Shown: positions 39,681-50,800 of the stretch, one piece after another
How positions within the stretch are numbered: position 1 is the stretch's first letter
Layout: every line of letters starts with the position of its first letter
DNA from: Clostridia bacterium
Lineage (GTDB): Bacteria; Bacillota; Clostridia; Christensenellales; JBMNLC01
Length of the DNA: 64,000 bases
NCBI GenBank assembly: GCA_050952525.1
Contig: JBMNLC010000001.1
Span: 340,123 to 404,122, forward strand
Reading direction: 5' to 3'
The notes under the pieces: model-generated
What the model saw: the letters and a program-made list of their open reading frames with translations, nothing else
Told to the model about the DNA's origin: nothing
Databases searched by the model: none
Made by a program: the position numbers and the translations under genes

Positions 39681-40670
39681 TTGAATATATACGAAATCGC
39701 ACAAAAGGCGGGAGTCTCCATTGCTACCGTATCCCGGGTTATCAATAAGAATCCCCATGTCAGCCCCAGGACGCGGAAAAAGGTAGAAGCGGTCCTTCGG
39801 GAATATAACTATACACCAAATGCCATTGCGAGGAGTCTTGTCATCAATTCCACCAGGACCATCGGCATCATGGTAAGCGATATTCGGGACTCCTATTATG
39901 CAAACGCAACCTACACCATCGAACAGGAGTTTAAAAAGCTGGGTTATAATGTGATACTGTGCAATACCGGGATGCAGTTGGAGGAAAAAAAGAAATACCT
40001 GAAGATCCTGTTGGAGAAGAAGGTTGATGGAATGATCCTGGTAGGCTCGGTTTTTAAAGAGATAAATGGGAACAATCATATATTGGAAGCAGCGCAGAGA
40101 GTACCAATCGTGATGCTGAACAGCTACTTGGAAGGAAGAAATGTGTTTTCCATCGTATGCGATGATGCCCTTGCTGTCCACCAAATTGTCAGCGTCCTGG
40201 TTCAAAGATCATACAAGGAAATTGTATATTTCTATGATGTGGATAGTTTCAGCGGCATGGCCAAGATTGAAGGTTTCAAAAGGGGAGTAAAGGCAGCAGG
40301 TCTTCCTTTGCATAGCTATTCGATTATGAAGGTTCCTTCGGGTTTCTCCGGAGGACAGGAGGGAGTTCGGAAACTGATCAAATCGGGCATACCCTTCGAT
40401 GCCATTGTCGCCAGTGAAGACATCATTGCAGCGGGGGTTTTGAAAGCCCTTCGTAAATATGAGAAAAAGGTGCCCGAAGAGGTCGGGGTTTTTGGATTCA
40501 ACAATTCATTAATCACCAGGTGTACGGTACCGGAGTTATCCTCGGTGGATAACAAAGTAGAGGCTATGGGGGCAGGAGCAGTCCAAATCCTCAAGGCTGC
40601 TTTGGATGGTAAGGAAGCACCTTCAAAAACCGTTATCGCCCCGGATCTGGTTTTACGTGAAAGCTGTTAA
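39681..40670 (+). CDS. LacI-family transcriptional regulator
   Basis: IYEIAQKAGVSIATVSRVIN HTH and YTPNAIARSL hinge. Confidence 0.92.
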   Translation: MNIYEIAQKAGVSIATVSRVINKNPHVSPRTRKKVEAVLREYNYTPNAIARSLVINSTRTIGIMVSDIRDSYYANATYTIEQEFKKLGYNVILCNTGMQLEEKKKYLKILLEKKVDGMILVGSVFKEINGNNHILEAAQRVPIVMLNSYLEGRNVFSIVCDDALAVHQIVSVLVQRSYKEIVYFYDVDSFSGMAKIEGFKRGVKAAGLPLHSYSIMKVPSGFSGGQEGVRKLIKSGIPFDAIVASEDIIAAGVLKALRKYEKKVPEEVGVFGFNNSLITRCTVPELSSVDNKVEAMGAGAVQILKAALDGKEAPSKTVIAPDLVLRESC

Positions 40671-40706
40671 GGCGTATCCTTATTTCATATAAAGGAGGAG
40701 TCAAAG

Positions 40707-41966
40707 ATGATGATTCAAAACCAACAAGAGCTGCGAAAAACAGTGGATAAGACAGTTCAGTCAGCGCGGATTGTGGATGTGCATACCCATCTATATCCAC
40801 CGAGTTTTGGAGACATTCTGCTCTGGGGAATTGATGAGCTGCTCACCTACCATTATCTGGTGGCGGAAACCTTCCGCTGGACGGATATTTCCTATCAGAG
40901 CTTCTGGAGCATGTCCAAAGTCCGACAGGCAGATCTGATCTGGAAAACCTTGTTTTTGGAGAATTCACCTTATAGTGAAGCCTGCAGAGGAGTGCTGGCG
41001 GTTCTCCAAAAACTGGGTCTGGATGTTTCAAAACGTAGTTTAGAGGAGTATCGCTCCTACTTTGCGGGGAAGACCGTCGAAGAATATGTGGATATTGTTT
41101 TCGATCTGGCCCGTATTGACTCCGTAGTCATGACAAATGATCCGTTTGATGATTTGGAAAGACCTTCGTGGTTGGAAAACGGGAATCAGGATTCCCGTTT
41201 TAAGGCTGCACTGCGTTTGGACGGTCTGCTCAATGATTGGGAAAGGAATTATAAACGTCTCATCGATTGGGGCTACCAGGTAGAAGAGGACCTGAACTCC
41301 AATACGGTCACAGAAATTCGCCGTTTTCTCACAGATTGGACGGAGCGGATGAAGGCGATGTATATGGCTGTGTCCCTTCCCCCTGATTTCGCCTTCCCGG
41401 AAGAATCCGCAAGGGCCAGAATTATTGAGGAGTGTGTTCTGCCGGTCTGCAGGGACTTCAACATTCCCTTCGCCATGATGGTAGGGGTTAAGAAGCTGAC
41501 TAATCCGGAGCTGCTTCTGGCCGGGGACTCGGTAGGGAAATCCGATATCTGCGTTGTGGAATATCTTTGTTCCCATTACCCCGGGAATAAATTCATGGTT
41601 ACCATGCTCGCTCGGGAGAACCAGCATGAATTGGCGGTCGCCGCAAGGAAATTCCGTAATTTAATGGTCTTTGGATGCTGGTGGTTCTTAAACAACCCCA
41701 GTCTGGTGGAAGAGATGACCCGCATGCGCTTTGAGCTCCTCGGAGTCAGCGTCATTCCCCAGCATTCCGATGCCCGTGTCTTGGATCAATTGATATACAA
41801 GTGGGAGCACTCCCGAAAGATTATTGCCGATGTCCTCTACGATAAATATAAGGATTTGATGGATACCGGATGGTCCTTATCCGAGAGGGAGATTCAGAGG
41901 GATGTGGAGAAGCTGTTCCGGGGCAATTTTACGGATTTTATTAGTCGAAAAATGAGTAAGGAGTAA
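40707..41966 (+). CDS. uxaC: Uronate (glucuronate) isomerase, divergent amidohydrolase type
   Basis: DVHTH, MTNDPFD, GCWWF and QHSDARVLDQL motifs. Confidence 0.85.
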   Translation: MMIQNQQELRKTVDKTVQSARIVDVHTHLYPPSFGDILLWGIDELLTYHYLVAETFRWTDISYQSFWSMSKVRQADLIWKTLFLENSPYSEACRGVLAVLQKLGLDVSKRSLEEYRSYFAGKTVEEYVDIVFDLARIDSVVMTNDPFDDLERPSWLENGNQDSRFKAALRLDGLLNDWERNYKRLIDWGYQVEEDLNSNTVTEIRRFLTDWTERMKAMYMAVSLPPDFAFPEESARARIIEECVLPVCRDFNIPFAMMVGVKKLTNPELLLAGDSVGKSDICVVEYLCSHYPGNKFMVTMLARENQHELAVAARKFRNLMVFGCWWFLNNPSLVEEMTRMRFELLGVSVIPQHSDARVLDQLIYKWEHSRKIIADVLYDKYKDLMDTGWSLSEREIQRDVEKLFRGNFTDFISRKMSKE

Positions 41967-42133
41967 TAATTTCTGCTGATTTAGCCTCCTTTCTGGTTGA
42001 TATCTGGCTAGGAGGCTTTCTGCATGGGAAATATATGTTGGCAGTGAGGGCTATTTTGGATATAATGATGGGTATAATCCAGGATATGGTTTAGATCATC
42101 CAGCAAAGACACAGGAAACAGAAGGAGATTGGA

Positions 42134-42748
42134 ATGAGAAAGAATTTCTTAAAAACGATCCGGATTGCATTGATCATTTTCATTGTTTTTATTTCGGGCT
42201 GTGGCCTGGTGAAGAAGGAGCTTCCTAACCCGATAGTCACCCTGGAAATGGAGAATGGAGCGACGATTAAGATAGAGCTGTATCCCGATGTAGCGCCCAA
42301 TACCGTCCGTAACTTTATCTCCCTCATCCAGCAGGGCTATTATGACGGTCTGACTTTTCATCGGGTGATACCTGATTTTTTGATCCAGGGAGGTGACAAG
42401 AACGGTGATGGCACCGGAGGACCGGGATATAGCATTCCCGGAGAGTTCGAAGCCAATGGATTCCGAAATCCCCTTGAGCATACAAGGGGTGTTATTTCCA
42501 TGGCTCGTTCAGAACATCCGGATTCCGCGGGGTCTCAATTCTTTATCATGGTAGGAGACGGAGCTCACCTGGATGGCCTATATGCCGCATTCGGAAGAGT
42601 ATTGGATGAAGAAAGTATGAAGACAGTGGATGCAATTGCCATGACTGAAAGGGATGGTGATGACCGCCCTCTTGAACCTCAAATTATTCGGAAGGCAACA
42701 GTGGATACCTTCGGGGAAGAATACGAGGAGCCGGAAAAAATATCATAA
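42134..42748 (+). CDS. Cyclophilin-type peptidyl-prolyl isomerase, lipoprotein
   Basis: Lipobox ISGC; FHRVIPDFLIQGGD, SMAR and SAGSQFFI motifs. Confidence 0.92.
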   Translation: MRKNFLKTIRIALIIFIVFISGCGLVKKELPNPIVTLEMENGATIKIELYPDVAPNTVRNFISLIQQGYYDGLTFHRVIPDFLIQGGDKNGDGTGGPGYSIPGEFEANGFRNPLEHTRGVISMARSEHPDSAGSQFFIMVGDGAHLDGLYAAFGRVLDEESMKTVDAIAMTERDGDDRPLEPQIIRKATVDTFGEEYEEPEKIS

Positions 42749-42888
42749 AAAAAGCAGCTTAGCTGCTTTTTTGTGATATCAGGGAAGGTATAGAAGGCTT
42801 AAAAAGGGATATCCTTAAAAATGAGAAAAATAATACCACAAATGGGAAATAAGCACGAAAATCCCCAGGACCTTTTTACTGTCGAGCT

Positions 42889-43359
42889 TTATTTTTCGAC
42901 ATTTTCTGGACGTTTTTCCTTCTGTCCTTTGCATTTGGAGCAATAGCCGTAGATTTCAAAGTTATGTCCAGTGATGGAAAAGTCTGTTTCCTTTTCCATC
43001 TGATTTTCTAAAAGGCGGAAAGGACAGTTGGCAATGGGGATTGTCTTGTTGCAGCCCAGACATATCAGATGGTGACGGTGGTCATTGCGATTTAGTTCAT
43101 ACCGGGCTTTGCCGTCATTGAAGACTATTTTATTTAAGATTCCCTTGGAGGTAAAGAGATCCAAGGAGCGATAAATAGTGGATAAATTAATAGATCTATG
43201 CAGATTCTTTACCTGAAGAAAAAGATCTTCTGCGGTGATCGGTGATCTCGCTTCCTTCAAGAGGGAGATGATCGCCCGCCGGGCCGGGGTGCTCCGATAC
43301 CCCTCTCTCTTTAACAGATCCTTGATATCTGAGTTGCGATCTTCTTTCACTTGGATCAT
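42889..43359 (-). CDS. Fur-family metalloregulator (Zur-like)
   Basis: STIYRSL, HRHHLICLGC and YGYCSKC motifs. Confidence 0.88.
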   Translation of the reverse strand: MIQVKEDRNSDIKDLLKREGYRSTPARRAIISLLKEARSPITAEDLFLQVKNLHRSINLSTIYRSLDLFTSKGILNKIVFNDGKARYELNRNDHRHHLICLGCNKTIPIANCPFRLLENQMEKETDFSITGHNFEIYGYCSKCKGQKEKRPENVEK

Positions 43360-43434
43360 CCTTATGTCTGTTGCTGTTATCCCCATTGTAAAGCATTTGC
43401 GGATAAGATTCAATAATAGCTTGCTTGTTTGATC

Positions 43435-43503
43435 TTGACAGATGAATTTAGCAGACATACAATAAACATACCATATTAATGCAAATGCAAATTATATGCA
43501 ATA
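43435..43503 (+). promoter_or_regulatory. SigmaA promoter plus Fur/Zur-type 7-1-7 box
   Basis: TTGACA (43435) - 17 nt - TACAAT; TGCAAAT-T-ATATGCA at 43486-43500. Confidence 0.65.
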
Positions 43504-43579
43504 ACTGCAGTCCCCTATCGCATCAACTTTTATGATGTGGACTATGGGCTATTTATTTTCTGTAAAGGAGCCTAAAAAA

Positions 43580-44332
43580 ATGAGTCATATTCATTTGCCG
43601 GATGGCGTTTTATCTCTCCCTTGGGTTATACTGGGGTATGGAATGACTGCCCTTTTTCTGTTCCTTGCCATGAGGAAGCTTAAGAAGGAGGATATCCGAA
43701 AAAAGGTACCCTATGTGGGGGTGATTGCAGCCCTTATGCTGTTAACCATGTCTGTACCTTTAGGAGTCATTCCTTTTCATCTGAACCTTTCTGTACTAAC
43801 AGGCATTTTAGCGGGTCCGGCTTTGGGCTTCATTGTTATTTTTGTTGTGAATGTCCTGCTCGGGTTTCTTGGTCATGGGGGCATGACGGTTATTGGATTG
43901 AATACTCTGATAATCGGCGCAGAGATTGCGGTTGGCAGCTTCCTCTTCCGTTTTCTTCAAAAACGGATCAATTGGGTGGTCAGTGCTGGAATCGCTACCT
44001 TTGTCGCGCTGATCCTTTCCACAACCCTCATGGTTGCTGTCATAGTTGCCGCGGATATCGGCGTTGACGTTGCTCTTCTACCCCATCATGGAGAAGGGCA
44101 TCATGAAGAAGCTACTCATCAAACTCACAATGAGGAAGGGACAGAAGCTTTCGCAGGGCATCGTAGTGGGAGATTGGAGGAGGGGGTTGAGGAAATACGA
44201 TTCCTTTCCTTAACGGGCTGGAATGCCATCGGAGCAATCATCCTCAGCGGTATTCTGATTGAGACCTTCGTATCAGGATTAGTTATCAACTTTTTCAGAA
44301 AGGTACGTCCGGATTTGATATCCCCGCAGTGA
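43580..44332 (+). CDS. ECF metal transporter S component (CbiM/NikM family), His-rich
   Basis: AAGGAG RBS; MSHIHLPDG start; GHGG..GLN motif; HHGEGHHEEATHQTH loop. Confidence 0.85.
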   Translation: MSHIHLPDGVLSLPWVILGYGMTALFLFLAMRKLKKEDIRKKVPYVGVIAALMLLTMSVPLGVIPFHLNLSVLTGILAGPALGFIVIFVVNVLLGFLGHGGMTVIGLNTLIIGAEIAVGSFLFRFLQKRINWVVSAGIATFVALILSTTLMVAVIVAADIGVDVALLPHHGEGHHEEATHQTHNEEGTEAFAGHRSGRLEEGVEEIRFLSLTGWNAIGAIILSGILIETFVSGLVINFFRKVRPDLISPQ

Positions 44333-44350
44333 GAAGAAAGGGAAAAGGAA

Positions 44351-45064
44351 ATGGATATTGCGTTTATGGACCGGATGGCTTCTGGCGGGAATAGTTTTTT
44401 TCATCAGGCCAGGGGTATTATAAAAATGATTTTCTGTTTCAGTTTACTGATCGCAGTCGTTCTTTCTCAGAACCTTGTAAAAATTGGAGGCATGGTGGTT
44501 GGTATTCTTGGGCTTTTTATTTTGGCAGGGATACCTTTCCGGAAGGTCCTCCATTTTACTTTGTTTCCTGTATTCTTCAGTATCTTATTCGCTCTGTTGA
44601 AGCTCCAGCAGTCATGGACAGAAGCCCTTATGCTGCTTCTGAAGGCGGTCGGAGCTGCTCTTTCTATGATTTTCTTAATTACTACCACTTCTTATGTAGA
44701 GGTATTTGGCATCCTGTCGATTTTTTTACCGAAACTGCTCATGGATGTATTTCTGTTCACATATCGATCCTTTTTTATCCTTTTAGAGAAGATTGATCAT
44801 CTGCTGAAATCCATTCGATTGAGGGGTGGATATCGTTCTTGGAACCTTATACTGAACTTAAGGAGCATTGCAGGTGCCATTGGAGTCATGATCATACATT
44901 CCTTTGATATGAATGAGAGGATGTACCATATTTACTCCCTCCGTGGATACAGAGGGGGAATTCCCTTTCACCCCAGGTTATGGCCATGGACAAGGGATGA
45001 TGGCAAAGTCATGATTATAATGGCTATTTTTTTTGTATGGATGGTGATCCCATGGAACATATGA
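44351..45064 (+). CDS. ECF transporter T component (CbiQ-like)
   Basis: Multiple TM helices and two LRG motifs. Confidence 0.85.
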   Translation: MDIAFMDRMASGGNSFFHQARGIIKMIFCFSLLIAVVLSQNLVKIGGMVVGILGLFILAGIPFRKVLHFTLFPVFFSILFALLKLQQSWTEALMLLLKAVGAALSMIFLITTTSYVEVFGILSIFLPKLLMDVFLFTYRSFFILLEKIDHLLKSIRLRGGYRSWNLILNLRSIAGAIGVMIIHSFDMNERMYHIYSLRGYRGGIPFHPRLWPWTRDDGKVMIIMAIFFVWMVIPWNI

Positions 45065-45906
45065 TTGAAGTGCGCTGTATACGCCATATATATCCTGACA
45101 AGACAGAAGTTAGTCTTTGTGGGATGGACTTTATCGTGGACGAAGGGGAGAGGGTTGTCTTACTGGGTCCAAACGGAGCGGGCAAGACCACTTTGCTCTC
45201 TCATATTCTCGGACTACTGGTTCCCGTAGAGGGTACCGTTCAGGTTATGGGGCTGAACCCCAATAAGGATTTCCACACCATGCGTAAAAGCTTGGGAGTG
45301 GTATTCCAAAATGTAGATGAACAGATCATAGGCCCTCTTGTGTATGATGATATCGCTTTCGGTTTGCGAAACGAAGGGGTGAAGGAGCCCGAACTAAGGG
45401 AGAGGGTTCATGCAATCGCCGATTGGCTGGGAATTACTCCGATCCTTCAAAAGATTCCCCACTATCTAAGCGGTGGGCAAAAAAAGAAGGTAGCATTGGC
45501 CGGTGCCATCATTCATCAACCCAGGCTGCTGGTCTTGGATGAACCCTTTGATGGACTCGATCCAAAATCCAAAGCTGAAATGATACAGATATTGAACAGG
45601 CTGAACCGGGAACAAGGCACTACCCTTGTACTCACTACCCATGATATTAATATCGTTCCCTCCATTGCCGACATCATCTATGTCATTCATGATAGTCATA
45701 TTGCTATGCGAGGTTGCCCCCAGGAGGTTTTCATGCAGATGGACCTTTTGAAGGAGGCAAACTTGGAGCCTCCCATTTTAATGGAATTATTCATTCGCTT
45801 CAAAGATAGGGGCTTACCCTTATCCATCCCTAATAATGTGGAGGATGCAGAAGAGCAGATTCTGAAGCTGTTGGAGCGAGGAGACAAGCGTTCCCTAAGG
45901 GATTGA
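45052..45906 (+). CDS. ECF transporter ATPase (CbiO-like)
   Basis: GPNGAGKT, LSGGQKK, LDEP and THD motifs. Confidence 0.9.
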   Translation: MEHMIEVRCIRHIYPDKTEVSLCGMDFIVDEGERVVLLGPNGAGKTTLLSHILGLLVPVEGTVQVMGLNPNKDFHTMRKSLGVVFQNVDEQIIGPLVYDDIAFGLRNEGVKEPELRERVHAIADWLGITPILQKIPHYLSGGQKKKVALAGAIIHQPRLLVLDEPFDGLDPKSKAEMIQILNRLNREQGTTLVLTTHDINIVPSIADIIYVIHDSHIAMRGCPQEVFMQMDLLKEANLEPPILMELFIRFKDRGLPLSIPNNVEDAEEQILKLLERGDKRSLRD

Positions 45907-45908
45907 TT

Positions 45909-47564
45909 TTACACCTTCATTGGAATGATGAAGTCCAGCCTTGTACCTTTCCCGGGCTTTGAATCGATATTGAGGCTGCCCTGTATCAAGGTCATTCTTT
46001 CCTTCATTCCTTCCAATCCAAAGCCGCTCATTAGCTTTTCAGCTCCTTTTTTTCTGGCATCCTCAGGATTGAAACCCTTTCCATTATCAGCAATGATCAG
46101 GCGGATTTTCTCCGGACCAATGTTGAGGAAGATATCCACCTTTGTTGCCTCTGCATGCTTTCTGATATTGGTGGTAGCTTCCTGGATGATACGATATAAG
46201 GTTGAAGTTACATAATACTGGAGAGAGGCATCATCTCCGGTATGATGGAAGTTTACCTGGATACCTGTTGCGTTATGGAATACGGATAAATGACTGTTCA
46301 GAGCGTGAATCAATCCCATTTCCAAAACAGAGGGCTTAAGATCGTATATCACCTTTCGTATTTCCTTTGTAGTATGTTTGATATTCGTATTCAACTCATC
46401 CAATTCCCTTAGGAAATCTTCCATCATGTCCCGCTGAAGGTACTTCTTCATGATTTCAATTTTCAAAGATGCGTTGGCCATGGACTGGGCAGGCCCATCA
46501 TGAATGTCACGGGCAATCCGCATTCTCTCGTCTTCATGGGCTTTTAGAATTTTTCCGCTGAGGCGCTGAAGCTCGGTATTCTGAAATTTATAGCTTCTCA
46601 ACAGGTCTTCCATATCCCGATATAGCAGAATATTCTCCAAAGCAACAGCCGCCTGACCTGCCAGTGAATAGACAATCATCTCATCCTTGACGTCATAGGG
46701 AATGATCTTCCCCTTTATTTTTTTATTGATTAGCTGGATGATTCCCAGGATGCGATCCTGATGATCCTTCATGGGAATGGAGAGGATGGAACGGGTTTTG
46801 TAGCCTGTCATTTGGTCGTAGGAGGGGTTATGGCGATATCGATAATCCTTTGGGATATGATAGGCATCATCGATACGCAGGGGTTGACCCGTCAACAAAG
46901 TATAACCATATATGCTTTCCCAGCTAATGGGGCAGGTGCTCGCTTCAAAACTAATAGGCATACTGTTGTTTTTTGCAATGACAAATTGCAACAGCTTTTT
47001 TTCTGTGGAATGGGACTCATAGAATGACCACTTTCCGTCATCCTGATTGATTACAAGATAGATGGTACCGGCGTCGGAACCGGTTATTTTCATACTGGCA
47101 TCAATGATGGTTTCCAGGAGGGCTTTTGGATTTTTTTCGGCAGATAAGGTTTTTCCAATGTGATAGAACTCCTTTATCTCCGATTCCAGCGCAAGTAGTT
47201 GAGCTTTGCAGTCACAAGCCCAGCTAAGACGGTTAAGAAATGACCGCACATGGAAAGGACTTCCATAATCAAGGACGTCATAGATGGGGAGCTGAATGTC
47301 CTCCGGTGCCCCCTTCGATAATACAATCAATAAGAGATTCCTATTCTCTAAGATGGAGCCAGGAATCTTTTTTATGGAATCAGCCAGTTCAGCAGGAAAA
47401 AAAAGAACGGTAAGTCGATTTTTGCCACCGGAAGAAAGGGCTTGGAATAAAAGGGGCCAATCTCCACAGATCTGAATGTCCTGACAGTGATTCTTCAAAA
47501 TACGAATCAGAGAATCGAAGCCATCAATAGAGGGTGTATATAGTAACATTCTGCAATTCAACAT
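45909..47564 (-). CDS. GAF-domain sensor histidine kinase (HisKA_3, DegS/NarX-like)
   Basis: GAF domain with QLINK...Y...DE; H-box RIARDIHDGPAQ; N-box QEATTNIRKHA; DNGKGF and GFGL. Start codon uncertain. Confidence 0.88.
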   Translation of the reverse strand: MLNCRMLLYTPSIDGFDSLIRILKNHCQDIQICGDWPLLFQALSSGGKNRLTVLFFPAELADSIKKIPGSILENRNLLLIVLSKGAPEDIQLPIYDVLDYGSPFHVRSFLNRLSWACDCKAQLLALESEIKEFYHIGKTLSAEKNPKALLETIIDASMKITGSDAGTIYLVINQDDGKWSFYESHSTEKKLLQFVIAKNNSMPISFEASTCPISWESIYGYTLLTGQPLRIDDAYHIPKDYRYRHNPSYDQMTGYKTRSILSIPMKDHQDRILGIIQLINKKIKGKIIPYDVKDEMIVYSLAGQAAVALENILLYRDMEDLLRSYKFQNTELQRLSGKILKAHEDERMRIARDIHDGPAQSMANASLKIEIMKKYLQRDMMEDFLRELDELNTNIKHTTKEIRKVIYDLKPSVLEMGLIHALNSHLSVFHNATGIQVNFHHTGDDASLQYYVTSTLYRIIQEATTNIRKHAEATKVDIFLNIGPEKIRLIIADNGKGFNPEDARKKGAEKLMSGFGLEGMKERMTLIQGSLNIDSKPGKGTRLDFIIPMKV

Positions 47565-47833
47565 GGTTTTTGTACTTCCTTTCTTCAGATGCAAATGAAG
47601 TATCCGAGAGTGCAAAACTACCAAGGCCGATGAAACGAAGCAATCCGCCTTCCGGTTGCTTTACGAAATCAAGTATCCATATTATAATGAAGACGTGTAC
47701 AATTGACAAAATTAGCCTTATTCCTTCCGGTTCGTAAAAAAATGCACAAAATCCAATTAAAGTCTACAAAACAAACGTTCTTATACATAGTATATATCAA
47801 GTTTTTTTACTTTTCAAACAGGGGGCAAAATGA

Positions 47834-50800
47834 ATGATATGTTTTAACTGTGGTCATAAAATCCATGACACCACTTATAGTGAGTGTCAGCTCTGTGGTG
47901 CCAAGTTTGGAACAGACTGTCCCTCCTGTAAACATCCCAACCCTCCTATGGCTCGATATTGTTTTTCCTGCGGGACTCCTGTCCAAGCTCAATCTTTGGG
48001 AAGTGCGGTTCAAAACTTCTCTTCCCTCAATGAAACGCGTAAAAATGTGACGGTTATCTTTGCAGATATCTCCGGTTTTACTTCCCTATCGGAAAAAATG
48101 GACCCGGAGCTTGTCAGAGATATTGTGAATGATTGCTTCTCCTATATAACGAGACCTGTATACGAGTTAGGGGGAACTATCGACAAATATATAGGGGACT
48201 GTGTCATGATTTTATTCGGTGCTCAGAACACTCACACGGATGATATACATCGTGCTGTAGTATGCAGTATGAAAATGATGCACCTCATCAAGGAGTTTTC
48301 AGCAGAACGAGCAGATCAACTGGGTTTTGACCTGGACCTTTCTATTGGTGTCCACTATGGTTTGGTGGTAACAGGAAGCGTAGGCAACTATTTCGATAAG
48401 GATTATACGGTTATGGGAGATACCGTCAACACAGCCCAAAGAATCCAATCCCATGCACCCAAGGGAGTGATCTATGTTTCGGAAGCGGTTTATCAGCAGA
48501 CGAAAGAGGATTTTGAGTATTCCGATCCTGTAGAGTTTTATGTGAAGAATAAGGAGAAGCCACAACGTTGCTATACTCCCTTGCGGATTTTGAACAACAC
48601 CTACGGAAATCAGGACGATATCTTTATGATTGGCAGAGATGAGGAACTGCATTATCTGCAGAGGGTTTTGGAAAAATCCTTAATTGAAGGAGGTCAGGTC
48701 GTAGCCCTTGTGGGTGAGGCTGGAATTGGCAAATCCCGTTTGATTCGGGAATTCCAATACAGCCTGGGTGACCGGATTAAAGTAACCCAGGTGGAATGCA
48801 CTCCTTCTTTTGCCTCAAGACCTTTCTATCTGTTAGCGAATCTCCTCATGGCGATGATGAATATCAGTCCGGAGGATACTCTTGATGTGAAGAGAAGCCG
48901 TATCATTTCCTATGTGGACTATATTTTAGGGAGTGTAGAGGAAGAAAGGAAGAAGCGGAACTATCAGTTTCTTGGATTGGTCATGGGGATACAATCGGAT
49001 AACGACCTGCTAAAAATTTTGGAAATGATGGACGCAGCTTCTATACGTTTGGAAGTAATAAGGCAGTTGCAATACTTCCTCGATGCATATACAGAAAAGT
49101 ATAAGTCTGTCATTGTGCTGGAGGATCTTCATTGGGCTGACTCCCGGTCCATGTCCATTATCAGAGAATTGATTTCCTGTTTTCATTACCCAAATACCAT
49201 GCTGATCTGTACATCACGGACGAAGATAGAGGCTTTATCCTCCTCCGTAGAAAATGGAATTCATTGCTTACCCATAAAGCCCTTTCCCAGGAAGCAGATA
49301 GAGCGAATGGCTCAGGAAGTCATTGGATGCCAGAAGATCGATGCTGATTTTCTTGCTGCTTTGGAGAGATTCTGTGGAGGAAATCCCCATTATCTTCGGG
49401 AGTTTCTTATATATATAAAAAGAAACAATCTGTATCGTCTACAGGACGGTATGGCTGTCATCCGGAAAGGTGCTATAAGTACCATACCCGACAGTTTGCA
49501 GAACCTTATTCTTTCCAAGTTGAATGATATGGATGACAATCTGGCTCATATCATTCGGATAGCATCCATCATTGGTAAGGATTTTCCTATATCGGTTATT
49601 AATTATTTGATGCATCGGGATGTAGAGGCGATGGGAGAGCTTGTCTCCTCCATAATCACGCTGAAATCCGTTTATGCTGTAACCGGGCGTTTGGAGAAGA
49701 TCTATACATTTAACCAAGAGACGGAAAGGGAAGTTATCTATAATAGCTTATTAATGAAGCAGAAAAAAGAGTACCATCAGAAGATTGCCGAAGCCATCGA
49801 ATATTTATACAGCCGTGTGTTGGAGAACTATTATGAGGTCCTGGCGGAACATTTCAGCAAGGCGGGTATTGTGGAAAAGGCGGTAGATTATTGCTACCGC
49901 TCTGCCATGAAGCATAAGATGCTCCATAATTATCATGAAGCCCTGGAGTATTTCCAAAAGGCTTTGGAGTATATAGATAACAACGGCAAATCCCCCGGCG
50001 AAAATCGTCTCTTAATGATCTACAAGGGGATTAGTGAAATATGCATCGTGATGGCCCGCTATGAGGATGCTTTGCATCATGCAGAGAAGGGACTTAAGTT
50101 GGCCCATGCACGGGAGGATAAATATGCCTTTCAATTGATCATAGCCCGAATCTGCAAGGAAAAAGGAAAATATGATGAAGCGATGGAGATCCTATCGAAA
50201 TTGCAGTCCCGCTTAAGGCAGAACAGTGATTTGTATGGTGACTTCCTGCTCCTGCGCTGTACCATTTTGCAGGAGACCGGATACCAGGAGGAGGCTCTGC
50301 GGGTTGCAAAGAAGGCGGAAAGGGTATTGGCCAGGAACAGGGACTATGAAAACCTGGCGAAAACCCTGAATACAGCCGGTGTCATCTATCACTCCATAGG
50401 GGACATTCAAAATGCGCTCAAGTATTTTGACAAATCCTATAAGTATTCGGAAAGGGTGAATGATCTCCAGACGATGCAAAAAGCTGCCGGTAATCTGGGT
50501 GTCATTAACCAGTCTCTTGGAAAGACCGCCACGGCTATGAAGCATTTTGATGCAGCCAAGGAACTCGCTCAAAGGATGTATCACCCTCAGGGGTATATTA
50601 TCAGTTCCATTAATCTGGGTGCTCTCTATTTGGATAAAGGCCTTTTGCAGAAGGCAAAAAGACTTTTTGAAAAGCTGCTGAAGGATGCCAGGGAGATTGC
50701 CACAGCCCCCCATGAATCTGCTATATTGACCAAACTGGGAGATATTCACTATCAGACTGAGCAGTATGACGCCGCCAGGGAATGCTTTGAGGATGCCCTG

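Noticed and set aside
43500-43580. Cobalamin riboswitch ahead of the cbiM-like gene
   Set aside because: The leader is too short and has no B12-box.
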